Below are positions 1-12,455 of a stretch of 64,000 nt of DNA, in pieces. Both the position numbers and the translations under genes were made by a program. The DNA lies in the NCBI GenBank assembly GCA_038087875.1, contig CM075994.1:6078001-6142000 (forward strand). The letters run 5' to 3'. How positions within the stretch are numbered: the first letter of the stretch is position 1; every line of letters starts with the position of its first letter. This DNA is from Malacoraja senta (taxonomy: Eukaryota). Under the pieces are notes generated by a model. It was not told the DNA's origin. It worked only from the letters and a program-made list of their open reading frames with translations, and did no database searches.

Positions 1-71
1 TGTACTGGCTACGTAACCTCTGCAAATAACTACGCGTGAGAGTAACAGAGAAGCACTAATATAAATAATGT

Positions 72-990
72 AGGTAGACAAAAATGCTGGAGAAACTCAG
101 CGGGTGAGGCAGCATCTATGGAGCGAAGGAAATAGGCAACGTTGCGGGTCGAGACCCTTCTTCAGACTGATGTGAGGGTGGGGGCGGGAAGAAGAAAGGA
201 AGGGGTTGAGACAGTGGGCCTGAGAGCTGAGAAGGGGAGGAGAAAGTGAGGGCTACCTGAAATTAGAGAAGTCAATGATCATACCGCTGGGTTGCAAACT
301 GCCCAAGCGAAATATGAGGTGCTGCTCCTCCAATTTACGGTGGTCCTCACACTGGCCATGGAGGAGGCCCAGGACAGAAAGGTCGGATTCGGAATGGGAG
401 GGGGGACTTGAAGAGCTGAGCCACCGGGAGATCAGGGTGGTTATTGCGATCCGAGCGGAGGTGCTAGGCGAAGCGATCGCCAAGCCTACGATTGGTCTCA
501 CCGATGTACTGCTCTACATTGGTGAGACCAAGCGTCGGCTTGGCGATCGCTCCGCCCAGCACCTCCGCTCGGTTCGCAATAACTAACCTGATCTCCCGGT
601 GGCTCAGCACTTCAACTCCCCCTTCCATTCCGAATCCGAGCTTTCTGTCCTGGGCCTCCTCCATGGCCAGAGTGAGGACCACCGTAAATTGGAGGAGCAG
701 CACCTCATATTTCGCTTGGGCAGTTTACACCCCAGCGGTCTGAACATTGACTTCTCTAATTTCAGGGAGTCCTCACTTTCTCCTCCCCTTCTCAGCTCTC
801 CCTCAGCCCACTGTCTCCACCCCTTCCTTTCTCCTTCCCGCCCTCCACCCTCACATCAGTCTGAAGAAGGGACTCGACCCGAAACGTTGCCTATTTCCTT
901 CGCTCCATAGATGCTGCCTCACCCGCTGAGTTTCTCCAGCATTTTTGTCTACCTTCGATTTTACAGCATCTGCAGTTCCTTCTTAAACAT
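72..990. mobile_element. Penelope-like element (GIY-YIG tail plus pseudo-LTR) in foldback configuration
   Basis: Arms ~72-508 and 515-953 are reverse complements around the loop CTGCTC. They encode LYIGETKRRLGDR..QHL...HFNSP.HSESELSV...KLEEQHLIFRLGSLHPSGLNIDF, typical of the PLE GIY-YIG C-terminus. Confidence 0.88.
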
Positions 991-1460
991 CTTAAACATA
1001 AATAATGATGCACTTCAGAATGTTACGCTGTCGCGATAGAATCAAAAGCTTGTGATTTTTATTTTCAACTGTCTATGTGGAGACATGTATACAATCCTAC
1101 GAAGCTTCAGCCATTATTTCTGACCAGAGATGCTGCTTGTCCCGCTGAGTTACTCCAGCATTTTGTGCTTTTATCTCATGGTAGCTTGGCTGAAAATTAA
1201 AAAAGTCTCAGTGCGTTGTCTGGGAAACGATTCTTGTCCACGACCAGAGTAACTCTTTTATGTTTCTTTTCCTGCTCTTTCTCTCTACAATACAGGTGAC
1301 ACTAACAGAATGTAACTTTTATAACTGATCAATTCTGCTCTCCTCTCTGATGTTCTTGCTGTCTAAGCCGAAAGGTGTGACGCTTGAGCTAGTTTCTCTG
1401 CTGCAACGCTGCTTTAACTCTTCCTCTACGATGGGCACAGATAATTCACTGGTGATTCGG

Positions 1461-1790
1461 ACGGATCTGCAGATGCTGGTTTACACGGGAAATATACACA
1501 CAATGCTGGATTAACTCAGCGGGGCAGGCAGCATCTCTGTAGAAAAGGAATGGGTGGCGTTTCAGATCGAGATCCTTCTTCAGAGTGAAGAAGGGTCTCG
1601 ACCCTGAAACGTCACAATAGACAATAGACAATAAACAATAGACAATAGGTGCAGGAGTAGGCCATTCGGCCCTTGAGCCAGCACCGTCATTCAATCTGAT
1701 CATGGCTGATCATCCCCAATCAGTACCCTATTCCTTCATTCCAGAGATGCTGTCCGGTATGCTGAGTCATCCCAGCATTTAGTGTCCATC
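1461..1790. mobile_element. Palindromic PLE-derived mini-element interrupted by a CR1 3' tail (~1614-1730)
   Basis: Back-to-back cttcttcag / gaagaagggtctcgacc motifs with inverted arms. The insert starts with (acaatag)n followed by the CR1 3' UTR. Confidence 0.7.
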
Positions 1791-2679
1791 ACAGATAGTT
1801 CAATTCTGCCCTTATGAAGTTTGTCTGAACGAAGACCCGACTTTGGGCAGTTCTGTACCCTTTAGCAGACGTGCTTTCTTCGAGGTGTGGAATGTGAGGG
1901 CTAATGTTGCGATTGGGGATGATCAACAAATCCTTTGGAGGGAAGAGTCAGGAGTTTCAAAAAACATGGTGTAAATGTCAATTCACTAGAGTTGGTACGC
2001 ATGTTGCCCTGTGCTGACTCGGGTGCAGAGAGTAATCCCACTGTTTTCCATTGAATAACATAACTCTGCCATGCTTAGCTTATTTCTGAGGATAGGAGGT
2101 GCAAAGCCCTGAGAACCATTACCTCCAGGTTCAAGGACAGCTGCTTCTCATCAACCATCAGGTTTTGAACCACCTTGCATGACCCTACCTCAGCACTCAA
2201 CTTTGCACGACTATGGTTCTTCTACATTGGTTTTAACTAAAGATAGACACAAAAAGCTGGAGTAACTCAGCGGGTCAGACGGCATCTCTGGAGAAAAGGG
2301 ATAGGTGTCATTTCGGATCGAGACCATTTTTCAGACATTTTTCCGACAGGTATTTACTAATTTGCTCAAATATACAATAAATTATCAGTTGTTTTATTTG
2401 TGGTGTTGTTGCATCTAATGTGCTTGTAAAGCTGCAGCAAGTAAGAATGTTGTTGTTCTGGTTCATATGACAAATAAACACTCTTGAGAAATAATGATTA
2501 TCCGTCTGTTCAATACCCAATGTGCAAATTTGATCGTAATGACAGATAACTGGATATTTTTCCCCTGGTGGTCTACGGATGGACCTGGATGACAATACCA
2601 ATGGGTGGGGCTGTGAAGGTGAATGCTTGAGGATATGGTGAACCATGGCAGGGATGCCCATTGTAGGCTTTTCACAACT

Positions 2680-3022
2680 TCACAAGTTATAGAAGTACAA
2701 TTAGGCTATTCAGCCCATCGCGTACACTCCGACATTCAATCATGGCTGACCTCTGCCTTATAATCCCATTTCCCTGCTTTGTCCCCACAGCCCTTGACAC
2801 ACGTTCTAATCAAGAATGTGTCCATCTCTGCCTTAAAAACATCTACTGACTTGGCCTCCACAGCCCTCTGTGGCAATGAGTTCCACAGATTAACTACCCT
2901 CTGACTAAAGAAGTTCCTCCTCATGTCCTTTCTAAAAAAGCGCCCTTTAATTCTGAGGCTATGGCCTCTGGTCGTAGATTCTCCCACCAGTGGAAACATC
3001 CTTTCCACGTCCGCTCTATCTA
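2680..3022 (-). mobile_element. CR1 LINE 3' fragment
   Basis: DVERMFPLVGESTTRGHSLRIKG..F....RRNFFSQRVVNLWNSLP, the CR1 ORF2 C-terminal motif. Confidence 0.85.
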
Positions 3023-3129
3023 TGCATTTTTGAAAAGAAGGCGTGCCTGGTGGAAGAATTGAGCACATGTGTGAATGGAGAAAATATTTAGTAAAAAGCA
3101 AAATGAGCATTGTTCCAATAGTAATTCCA

Positions 3130-3785
3130 GATAGCCTACACTTCTTCCTACCCTGCTTCCTGTAAGGACTCTATCCCCCACTCGCAATTCCTCCATCTGC
3201 GCCGCATCTACACACAGGATGAGGTGTTCCAAACCAGGGCATCGGAGATGTCCACATTCTTTAGGCAACGGGGGTTCCCCTCTTCGACTATAGATGAGGC
3301 TCTCACCAGGGTCTCTTCTATATCCCGTAGCTCCACTCTCATTCCCCATCCCCACACTCGTATCAAGAGCAGAGTCCCCCATGTCCTCATCTTCCACCGT
3401 ACCAGCCTTCATATACAACAGATAATCCTCCGACATTTTCGCCACCTCCAACGGGATCCCACCACTTGCCACATCTTCCCATCTCCTTCCCTTTCGGCTT
3501 TCCGCAGAGACCGCTCCCTCCGTAACTCCCTGGTCAATTCGTCCCTCCCCAGGTACTTTCGCTTGCAACCGCAGGAAATGCTACACTTGTCGCTTTACCT
3601 CTCCCCTTGACTCCACCCAAGGACCTAAGCAGTCTTTCCAGGTGATGCAGAGGTTCACCTGCACCTCCTCCAACCTCTCTATTGCATCCGCTGCTCTATG
3701 TGTTAACTGCCCTACATCGATGAGACCATGCGCATGCTTGGCGATCGCTTCGCCCAACACCTCCACACAGGAGGTGTTGGGCGAT
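3130..3785 (+). mobile_element. Penelope-like element fragment (RT C-terminus to GIY-YIG)
   Basis: SEMSTFFRQRGFPSSTIDEAL...LRHFRHLQRDP...AFRRDRSLRNSLV then RFTCTSSNL. Ends in a 15-bp foldback at 3750-3784. Confidence 0.85.
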
Positions 3786-3979
3786 GCGATCGTCAAGCCT
3801 GCGCATTTAACAAACTTACCGAAGACAGATTGCCAGGGTAATCTGTATATTCACACTGTGGGCGGCTTGACAGTAATCGTGTATAGTCCTTCCGCTGATT
3901 GATAGCAGGCAACAAAAAACGTTTCGCTCTATAGGTACACGTGACAATAAACTAGATTAATGGACTAACTAGAAACCAA

Positions 3980-4500
3980 AGGCTCATCTATTGCATCCGC
4001 TGCTCTAGGTGGTAACTGCCCTACATCGGTGAGACCATGCGCAGGCTTGGCGGTAGCTTCGCCCAACACCTCTGCAGAGTTCGCATTAATCAAGATATCA
4101 ACCTGATGTCCCAGTGGCTCAGTACTTTAACTTCCCCTCCAATTCCGAATCCGACCTTTCTGTCCTCGGTCAGAGTGAGTCCCACCGCAAATTGGAGGGG
4201 CAGCACCTCATATTTCGCTTGGGTAGTTTACACCCCAGCGGTATGAACATTAACTTCTCCAATTTCAGGAAGTCCTTGCTTTCTGCCGCCTTCCCCTCCC
4301 CTTCCCAGCTCTCCCACAGCCCGCTGTCTCCGCCTCTTCCTTACTTCTTCCCCCCTCCAGACCCACATCAGTCTGAAGAAGGGTCTCGACCCGAAACGTC
4401 ACCTATTTCCTTCACTCCATAGATGCTGCCACACCCGCTGCGTTTCTCCAGCATTCTTGTCAACCTTCGATTTTACTAGCATCTGCAGTTCTTTCTTAAA
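3980..4500 (+). mobile_element. Penelope-like element 3' end with hammerhead-like motif
   Basis: GIY-YIG tail (KLEGQHLIFRLGSLHPSGMNINF), then CTGAAGAAGGGTCTCGACCCGAAACGTC at 4373-4400. Confidence 0.85.
4373..4400 (+). ncRNA. Minimal hammerhead-ribozyme-like core (best-preserved copy)
   Basis: CUGAnGA + A + stem II GGGU(CUCG)ACCC + GAAA + C-GUC. Helix I is weak (only about 2 bp evident), so activity is unproven. Confidence 0.6.
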
Positions 4501-7500
4501 CGAGTAATTTAATGTCACTTCAAATGGTCTAAATTTGGCTCAATGGATGTGCAATTAGTTTCCAAAGTGAAATTGCAATTGGTTTCTCAACGCACTTGTT
4601 CGCGGAGTTACGGAGATCCCTGCCCGTGTTTCTCGAAGTATTCAGGGAAGGAATATGTATCTGAATGAAAATGCGATAAAAAGCAATTTGTGAAATATAT
4701 CTTCGATGGTTCCATTCTTTATAGATTTTCCAAAAGTAAATATGCAACATAAATGTTATAGTTGGCTGTGATAGGTCCTCCACGGTCGGATATACTGTGA
4801 TTCGTATGGAGCTTTTGCGATTGGTAAGTTCTGAACACATTCAACGGATGAACGCAAATATTTGTGTTTTAAGTTTTGCTCTGCTGTGCAAACACCATAG
4901 TTCATTGAAATCAGAATTGTTTTAGGTCATTGTACCGGTCATCCTAAGGTAAAAAAAAATATTTTACCATCATTTCTATTCAATTAATATCAAGGATCAT
5001 TTCACTAATGAAATGGAAAAATAATCTTTGGGCAATTGAGATATATTCTGAGGTCATTATGTGTTAACCTTCTAGTAACGATCAAACTCCAGAATTGTGC
5101 GGGAGCTTCGATCGCCCCGACTGTAGACGGTTCGACTGCCCCGACCGCGGGAGAATAAAGAGGGAAGAAGATTAGACTTTATTGCTTTCCATCACAGTGA
5201 GAAATGTGGGAATGCGCTGTGGTGGATGTTTATTTTAACTGTTATGTTGTTGCATGTCTTGTTGCTTTTTTGAGAATGGCTGCATGTTAATTTGAGTTTC
5301 ACTGTACCTTTACTGGTACATGTGACAATAAACTAATCTTTGAATCCCAGATTTGTGTGTGACTCCAATATCTCGCATAGCTGTGAAGAGATCAAAACAT
5401 CCTTAACAAAACAAGCTTAATAATTGCCCAATACGCGTCACCGTAGCCAAGACCTGACAAGCTCAACTTATTTTGCAGGAAGTAATGCTTTCATTGGTGT
5501 CAAATATCCAGCAAAAGACGTGCAAATGTTGAATGCATGAAACATTGTTAGTAATCAAATTGAGCCCTTACCAAATGTTATGCGAAGAACCTCCAACTCC
5601 GTAGTAGAACAGAACAAGCATTATTGCTTATTTTATTTGCGAAAGGATAAATATAATATTAAAAATTGTAGGTGACCTCTTAATGCAGTAGGTTAAATAA
5701 AAGTGAAAATATCACCCAGATCTGGTTTCCAATTATATATTTATAGAGATAAGAGGGTAGATATAGAATTTAACTTGTGTTAATAAAATCTGATAATTAA
5801 ATATAGGCAGAGATTTTGTTCTACAATGTAAAAAGAATCGGGAAATATAAGTATGATTCATGCACTTTTGTGATTACAATTTGCAGCTGTTCAATTCACT
5901 TATCTGAATGGACGTGCATCACTGGAATAGTCTTTACCTGCTGGATGTGAAGCAGATCAGCAACAATGGATGGAAGAAAAACTAAGAAAGAAGTTAAGGG
6001 GGAGGCAAGATGAAGCAAAAAGCAAAAAAGTGGAAATATGGATTGGGCAAAAGAAAGAGGAAAATGAATGAGAAAATGATGAATGTCAAAACAGGGTCGT
6101 GAAAATGGTAACAGATTGAAACATCTGATGCATCTCCTGAATGACAGATTGCCAGGGTATTACCCTTTACCCTGTATATTTACACTGTGGGCTGCTTGAC
6201 AGTAAACGTGTATTGTCGTTCCGCTGATTGATAGCACGCAACAAAAAACGTTTCACGCTACATCGGTACACGTGACAATAAAGTAAATTAACGGACTAAC
6301 TAGAAACCAACGGCTCATCCATTGCATCCGCTGCTTTATATCGGGTGAGACCATGAGCAGGCTTGGTGAACGCTTCGCCCAACACCTCCGCACTTCACAT
6401 TAACCAACATACCAACCTGATGTCCCGGTGGCTCAGTGCATCAACTCCCCTCCAATTCCGAATCCGACCTTTCTGTCCAGGGCCTCCTCCATGGCCAGAG
6501 TGAGTCCCACCGCTAATTGAAGGAGCAGCACCTCATATTTCGCTAGGGTAGTTTACACCCCAGCGGTATGAACATTCAAATGGTCTACATTTGACTCAAT
6601 TGATGTGCAATTAGGTGCTAAAGTGAAATTGCAATTAGTTTCTCAACGCACTTGCTCACGGAGTTACGGAGATCCCTGCCTGTGTTTCTCGAAGTATTCA
6701 GGGAAGGAATATAAATATACAAGCCGATGGCTTGGTCAAAACACGGGTAAGCCAACAATCCGGCTGTATCGATGTATGGGAATATGTATGTGAATGAATA
6801 GGCGATAAAATGCAATTTATGAAATATATCTTCGATGGTTCACTTCTTTGCAGATTTTCCAAAAGTAAATATGCAACATAAATGTTATAGTTCGCTGTAA
6901 TAGGTCCTCCACGATCCGATATACAGTGATTCGTATGGAGGTTTTGCGATTGGTAAGGTCTGAACACATCAGCATTCAATGGATTAACGCAAATCTTTGT
7001 TCTGCTGTGCAAACACCATAGCTCCATGAAATCAGAATTGTTTTAGGTCATTGTACCGGTCATCCTAAGGTAAAATGCTTTATTTTACCATCATTTCTAT
7101 TCAATTAATATCAAGGATCATTTCACTAATGAAATGGAAACATAATCTTTGGGCAATTGAGATATATTCTGAGATTAACGATCAAACCCCAGATTTGTGC
7201 GGGAGCTTCGATCGCGGGTGGTCCGACTGCACCGAACGCGGGAGAATAAAGAGAGAAGAAGATTAGACTTTATTGCCTTCCATCACTGTGAGAAATGTCG
7301 GGAATCCGCTGTGGTGGATGTTTATATTAACTTTTATGTAGTTGTGTGTCCTGTTGTTTTTTATTAGTATGGTTGCATGGTAATTTGAGTTTCACTGTAC
7401 CTTAATTGGTACATGTGACAATAAACTAACCTTTGAAACATTGAACCCCAGATTTGCGTGTGACTCCAATATCTCGCATAGCACTGAAGAGATCAAAACA

Positions 7501-8544
7501 TTCTTAACACAAAGCTTAATAATTGCCCAATACGCATCACCGTAGCCAAGACCTGACAAGCTCAACGTATTCTGCAGGAAGTAATGCTTTTATTGGTGTC
7601 AAATATCCAGCAAAAGACGTGCAAATGTTGAATGCATTAAACATTGTTAGTAAACAAATTGAGACCTTACCAGATATTATGCGAAGAACCCCCAACTCCG
7701 TAGTAGAACAGAGCAGGCAATATTGCTTATTTTATTTGCGAAAAGATTAATAAAATATTGTTAATTGTTTGTGACCTCCTAATGCAGTAGGTAACATAAA
7801 AGTGAAAATATCACCCAGATCTGGTTTCCAATTAAATATTTATAGAGAGAAGATGGTAGAAATAGAATTTAACTTGTGTAAATAAAATCTGATAATTAAA
7901 TATAGGCAGAGATTTTGTTCTACAATATAAAAAGAATTGGGAAATATAAGTATGATTCATACACTTTTGTGATTACAATTTGCAGCTATTCAAGTCACTT
8001 ATCTGACTGGACGTGCATCACTGCAATAGTCTTTAGTGATGCAGATCAGCAACAACAGATGGAAGAACAACCAAGAAAGAAGTTAAGGGGGGAGGCAAGA
8101 TGAAGCAAGAAGCAAAAAAGTGGAAACATAGATTGGGCAAAAGAAAGAGGAAAATGGATGGGAAAATTATGAATGTCAAAAGAGGGTCGTAAAAATGGTA
8201 ACAGATGGAAACATCTGATGCACCTCCTGAATGACAGAGCCAGCATATTACCCTTTACCCTGTATATTTGCACTGTGGGCTGCTTGACAGTAATCGTGTA
8301 TACTCGTTCCTCTGATTGATAGCACGCAACAAAAAACTTTTCATTCTACATCGGTACACGTGACAATAAACTAAACTATCGGACTAACTAGAAACCAACC
8401 CTCCAAATAACGTCTTAAGGTGAGTAATGTAAATTATAGTATTTTGCTGTAATGAGAAATACATGAAAATTCCGGAACTCGACATCCACGTCCTGATAGA
8501 TAAATAAGTATCTCTTCCTGGTGAATTCGGGCCGCGGGAGTTGA

Positions 8545-9250
8545 GTTAAATTAAGTTTGGTTTATTGCCACGTGTACCGAGGTACAGTGAAAAGCGTTTG
8601 TTGTGTGCTAACCAGTCATCGGAAAGACAATATATGATTACAATCGAGCCATTTACAGTGTGCAGATACATGATCACGGGAATGACGTGAATAACGGTTG
8701 GCACAAGATAAAGTCCAGTAAATTCCGATCAAAGATAGACACAAAATGCTGGTGTAACTCCAGAGATGCTGGCTGTCCCGCTGAGTTATTCCAGCATTTG
8801 TGTCTATCTCCGATCAAAGATAGCCAGAGAGTCTCCAATGAGGTAGACAGTAGCTCAGGGCTGCTCTCTACTTATTGGTCGGATGATTCAGTTGCCTGAT
8901 AAGGACAGGGAAGAAACTGTCCCAGAATCTGGAGGTGTGCATTTTCACACTTCTATTGCTTTTGCCCGATGGGAGAGCGAGTGCCACGGGTGAGAATCGT
9001 CCTTGATTATGCTGGTGGCCTTACCGAGGCAGCTTGAGGTGTAAATGTAGTCAATGGAAGGGAGGTTGTTGCGTGTGATGGTCTGGGCTGCGTCTATAAT
9101 TCTCTGCAATTTCTTGCGGTCTTAGGTGGAGCTGTTCCAAAACCATTTTATGATACTTTTAACTGGTTTCTACGGCGCATCTGTAGAAGTTGGTGAGAGT
9201 CGTTGGGAACACGCCAAACTTCCTGAACCTTCTAAGGGAGTAGAGGCATT
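8545..9250 (-). mobile_element. Rex1/Babar LINE 3' fragment
   Basis: The reverse strand encodes CLGKATSIIKD and PSG...FFP..IRQLN, matching the C-terminus of the 16966-18168 ORF. The gtggcaataaa tail is present. Confidence 0.75.
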
Positions 9251-9984
9251 AGTTATACATCATGTGGGTTACATCATTATCAGACTGTGAAATTGCATCA
9301 AAGATCATCATGAACCTTCCTTCATAATACTTGTTTTGTTCTTTTAATTTTATTTCTCAAAGCCATAAAACAAAATCATATTAGGACCAACATCATAATA
9401 CATGATCATTGTATATAATTTGGAAATTAATCAGGTGAAATCATCTGCAGTTTCGTGTTTCTACATCGTGAAATAATCCTTTGGCATGTCTAAGTAGCTA
9501 TATTGGGTCAGTTTCAGTAACTGTACAACTCTCTCGTAACTGAAAGCTGTTTTAAAGTGCATTCATAATTTAGATATCCTTAATTACAATGGTTAGCAGA
9601 ATTGTCTTGATACCTCAGATCAAAACAATTTAATCGTGATTTATGATTTAAATTCATGTTTCCTTCCATGGTAATTGAATCTGAAGAGTAATTAGTATAT
9701 TGCAACATTCTGTGGGGGTGGTAGAAAGCAATCTTCCAATACAATGTAATTTTATAATATGTCATCTGCGATGTTGCATTGCATTCCAATCAGGCGGCGG
9801 ATTGGGTTACAATTGAGCAGGACATCTCAACAGACCTTAACAATCCACTATTACTGTTTCTTTGCTCACCGTTTTCTCATTGAGCTCTGAACCCGGAACT
9901 CAGTGCTGACAATAGAAATTGTCCCGAGATTAACACATCGGTGCGATGGTAGTGTAGAGTTTCAGGGTCCCAATTCTTCGTGAC

Positions 9985-10482
9985 ACGCGACGTCAGCCCA
10001 CGACAACACACACGACAGCATACAACGATATAAACGACACCCTACGACAACAGACATCAACCTTCGTCAGCCCGCGATATGCTATGACAAGCTACGACCC
10101 TGAAGGCGTCAACTGAAGGCAGGTGGAGCAGTGCACTTTTTTTTCAAATGACGCAAGGAGACTTCTTGTGTCATTTGCGTAGCATGACATAGGCTGCCGC
10201 CACTTGAATTCACCGAAGTCAGCAACCGGCGACAGCCAAAGTCAGATGGTGTCAACCTGGCGACGAACAGGTTACGACAAACTACGACAGCACCTACGCC
10301 AGGAGAAGTCACGCAACGTCAAGCTAACTGTAGCCGAGAGGTTTTGAACATTTCTACAAGAAAAAGGCCACGGCACTTGAGGCAATAGGTCAGGACAATG
10401 CAGGCGTCACCCCGCGACCATGTGGAAACAGCCTATTTTCCGGCTGTCTCCGAAAAAGTCGCCTAAGTGGGAGAGGCCCTTT
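9985..10482. mobile_element. Probable non-autonomous DNA transposon fragment (one terminus)
   Basis: acgacaa-rich interior ending in aagtcgcctaagtgggagaggcccttta, a TIR-like end next to TTA. No partner end found. Confidence 0.35.
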
Positions 10483-11040
10483 ACTTTCAATTACCCTGAA
10501 TAACGGCAATCAAATCGTGTACATTGTAATAACAATTCTTTGAACATTGCGAAGGCACACAAACATGAACCAGGGCCAGCTATTTTCCAGTACTAATTCC
10601 GCCATATTTATATCAATTTCTTCCGTTTCAGCTCGAACGATTATGTCGATAGGATAGCGCAGCTTTCATCGCCTGTTGAAGACTGGCGCCGTGTCACAAC
10701 ATTGTTCCAGTGCACTTATCCCGAAATATCAGAAACATAGAAAATAGGTGCAGGAGTAGGCCATTTGGCCCTTCGAGCCAGAACTGCCTGTTTATTTTGG
10801 ACTTTCCTCTCCTCCTGACTGTTCGGGCTCTGTCCTGTAAACCTACCCCTCTCCTAGAAAATTTAAACATTGAGAATCACCTTTTTAATTGTTCCCATTT
10901 CTGCTCCAAGTTCATAAGTAGATTAATATGTCGGCAGATCCATACCCATATCAATACTCATCGCCTTTTTATACAGAGATAACTATACTCACTGGACTAT
11001 CTACAAACGGTGCAGGGCAATTATTACTTTCTCTGGGCAT

Positions 11041-11071
<31 letters not shown>

Positions 11072-11599
11072 CATTAACCCTACGACAGTGGTGGCAATTG
11101 TGCGCGTTAGCTGGAGAATGAATTGATTATGTGTTTTGACCTTACACTTTTCCTTGGCTTTTAACTGTGCTCCTGAGATTGAAATCCAGAGCTATTTCTG
11201 CGCGCATTGCCCGGTTCACATAGTCATTCTGTGCAGAGATTGTATACCTTTAATGTGACTATGTGGATACCCCCTGACGCTCTGGTTTCCTCCACATCCT
11301 GCAGGCAAGCGCGTTGACTACTGAAAGCAAACCCTGCCGGGGTGGGGGGGGGGGGTGCGAGGGGCATGCTGGCACAGCAGTAGAATTGCTGCCTTGCAGC
11401 GCCAGTGACCCGGTTTCGATACTGACCACGGGTTCTGTTTGTAGATAATCTGTACCTTCACCTTATGACCACGAGGCTTTCTACCCACAGATCCTATGAC
11501 AGCATGAAAGCATTCACTTGGCATCTATCTTGCCCAAGCCCATCTGATTACCTTGCATTTCAGTTAGATTACATATCATTTTTCTGAACTACAATACTA

Positions 11600-12357
11600 A
11601 ACATGGAAACATTGAAAATAGGTGCAGGAGTAGGCCATTCGGCCCTCGAGCAAGCACCGCCATTCAATATGATCAAGGCTGATCATCCAAAATCAGTACC
11701 CGTTCCTGCTTTCTCCCCATACCCCTTAATTCAGTTTCGCCCTAAGAGCTATATCTAACTCTTGCTTGAATACATCCAGTGAATTAGCATCCACTGCCTT
11801 CTGTGGCTGAGAATTCCGCAGATTCACAACTCTCTGGATGAAAACGTTTTTCCTCATCTCAGTCCTAAATGGACTTCCCCTTATCCTAAAACTGTGACCT
11901 CTGGTTCTGGACTCCACCAACATCGGGAACATTGTTCCTGCATCTCGCCTGTCCAATCCCTTAAGAATTGTATATGTTTCTATAAGATCCCCTCTCATCC
12001 TAAATTTCAATGATTATAAACCCAGTCGATCCATTCTTTCATCACATGTCCGTCCCGCCATTCTGGGAATTAACTTGGTGAACCTACGTTGCACTCCCTC
12101 AATAGCAAGAATGTCCTTCTTCAAATTAGGGGACCAAAACTGCACAAAACTCGCCAGGTATGGTCTCGTCAGGGCCCTGTACAACTGCAGTAGGACCTCC
12201 TTGATCCGAAACTCAAATCTTCTCGCTATGAAGGGTAACCTGTCATTGCTTTCTACACTGTCTGTTTTACCTGCATGCTTACTTTCAGTGGATGATGTAT
12301 AAGCACAAACAGTTCTCATTGCCCCTCCCCCTTTCCTAATCTGACACCATTCAGATA
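11600..12357 (-). mobile_element. CR1 LINE 3' portion
   Basis: VLLQLYRALTRPYL...QFWSPNLKKDILAIEGVQRRFTKLIP and RMRGDLIETY.ILKGLD...SRTRGHS. The CR1 sequence resumes at ~14443. Confidence 0.9.
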
Positions 12358-12455
12358 GTCTCAAGGCTGAAGAAGGGTCTCGACACGAAACGTCACCCAT
12401 TCCTTCTCTCCAGAAATGCTGCATGTCCCGCTGAGTTACTCCAGCATTTTGTATA

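Larger units (their letters stand above)
3824..8398 (+). repeat. Tandem duplication, ~2.1-2.3 kb unit, two full copies plus a partial third
   Basis: gacaga(tt)gccag...ggactaactagaaaccaa recurs at ~3824, ~6142 and ~8233. Segment 4521-6141 aligns collinearly with 6577-8232. Confidence 0.92.
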
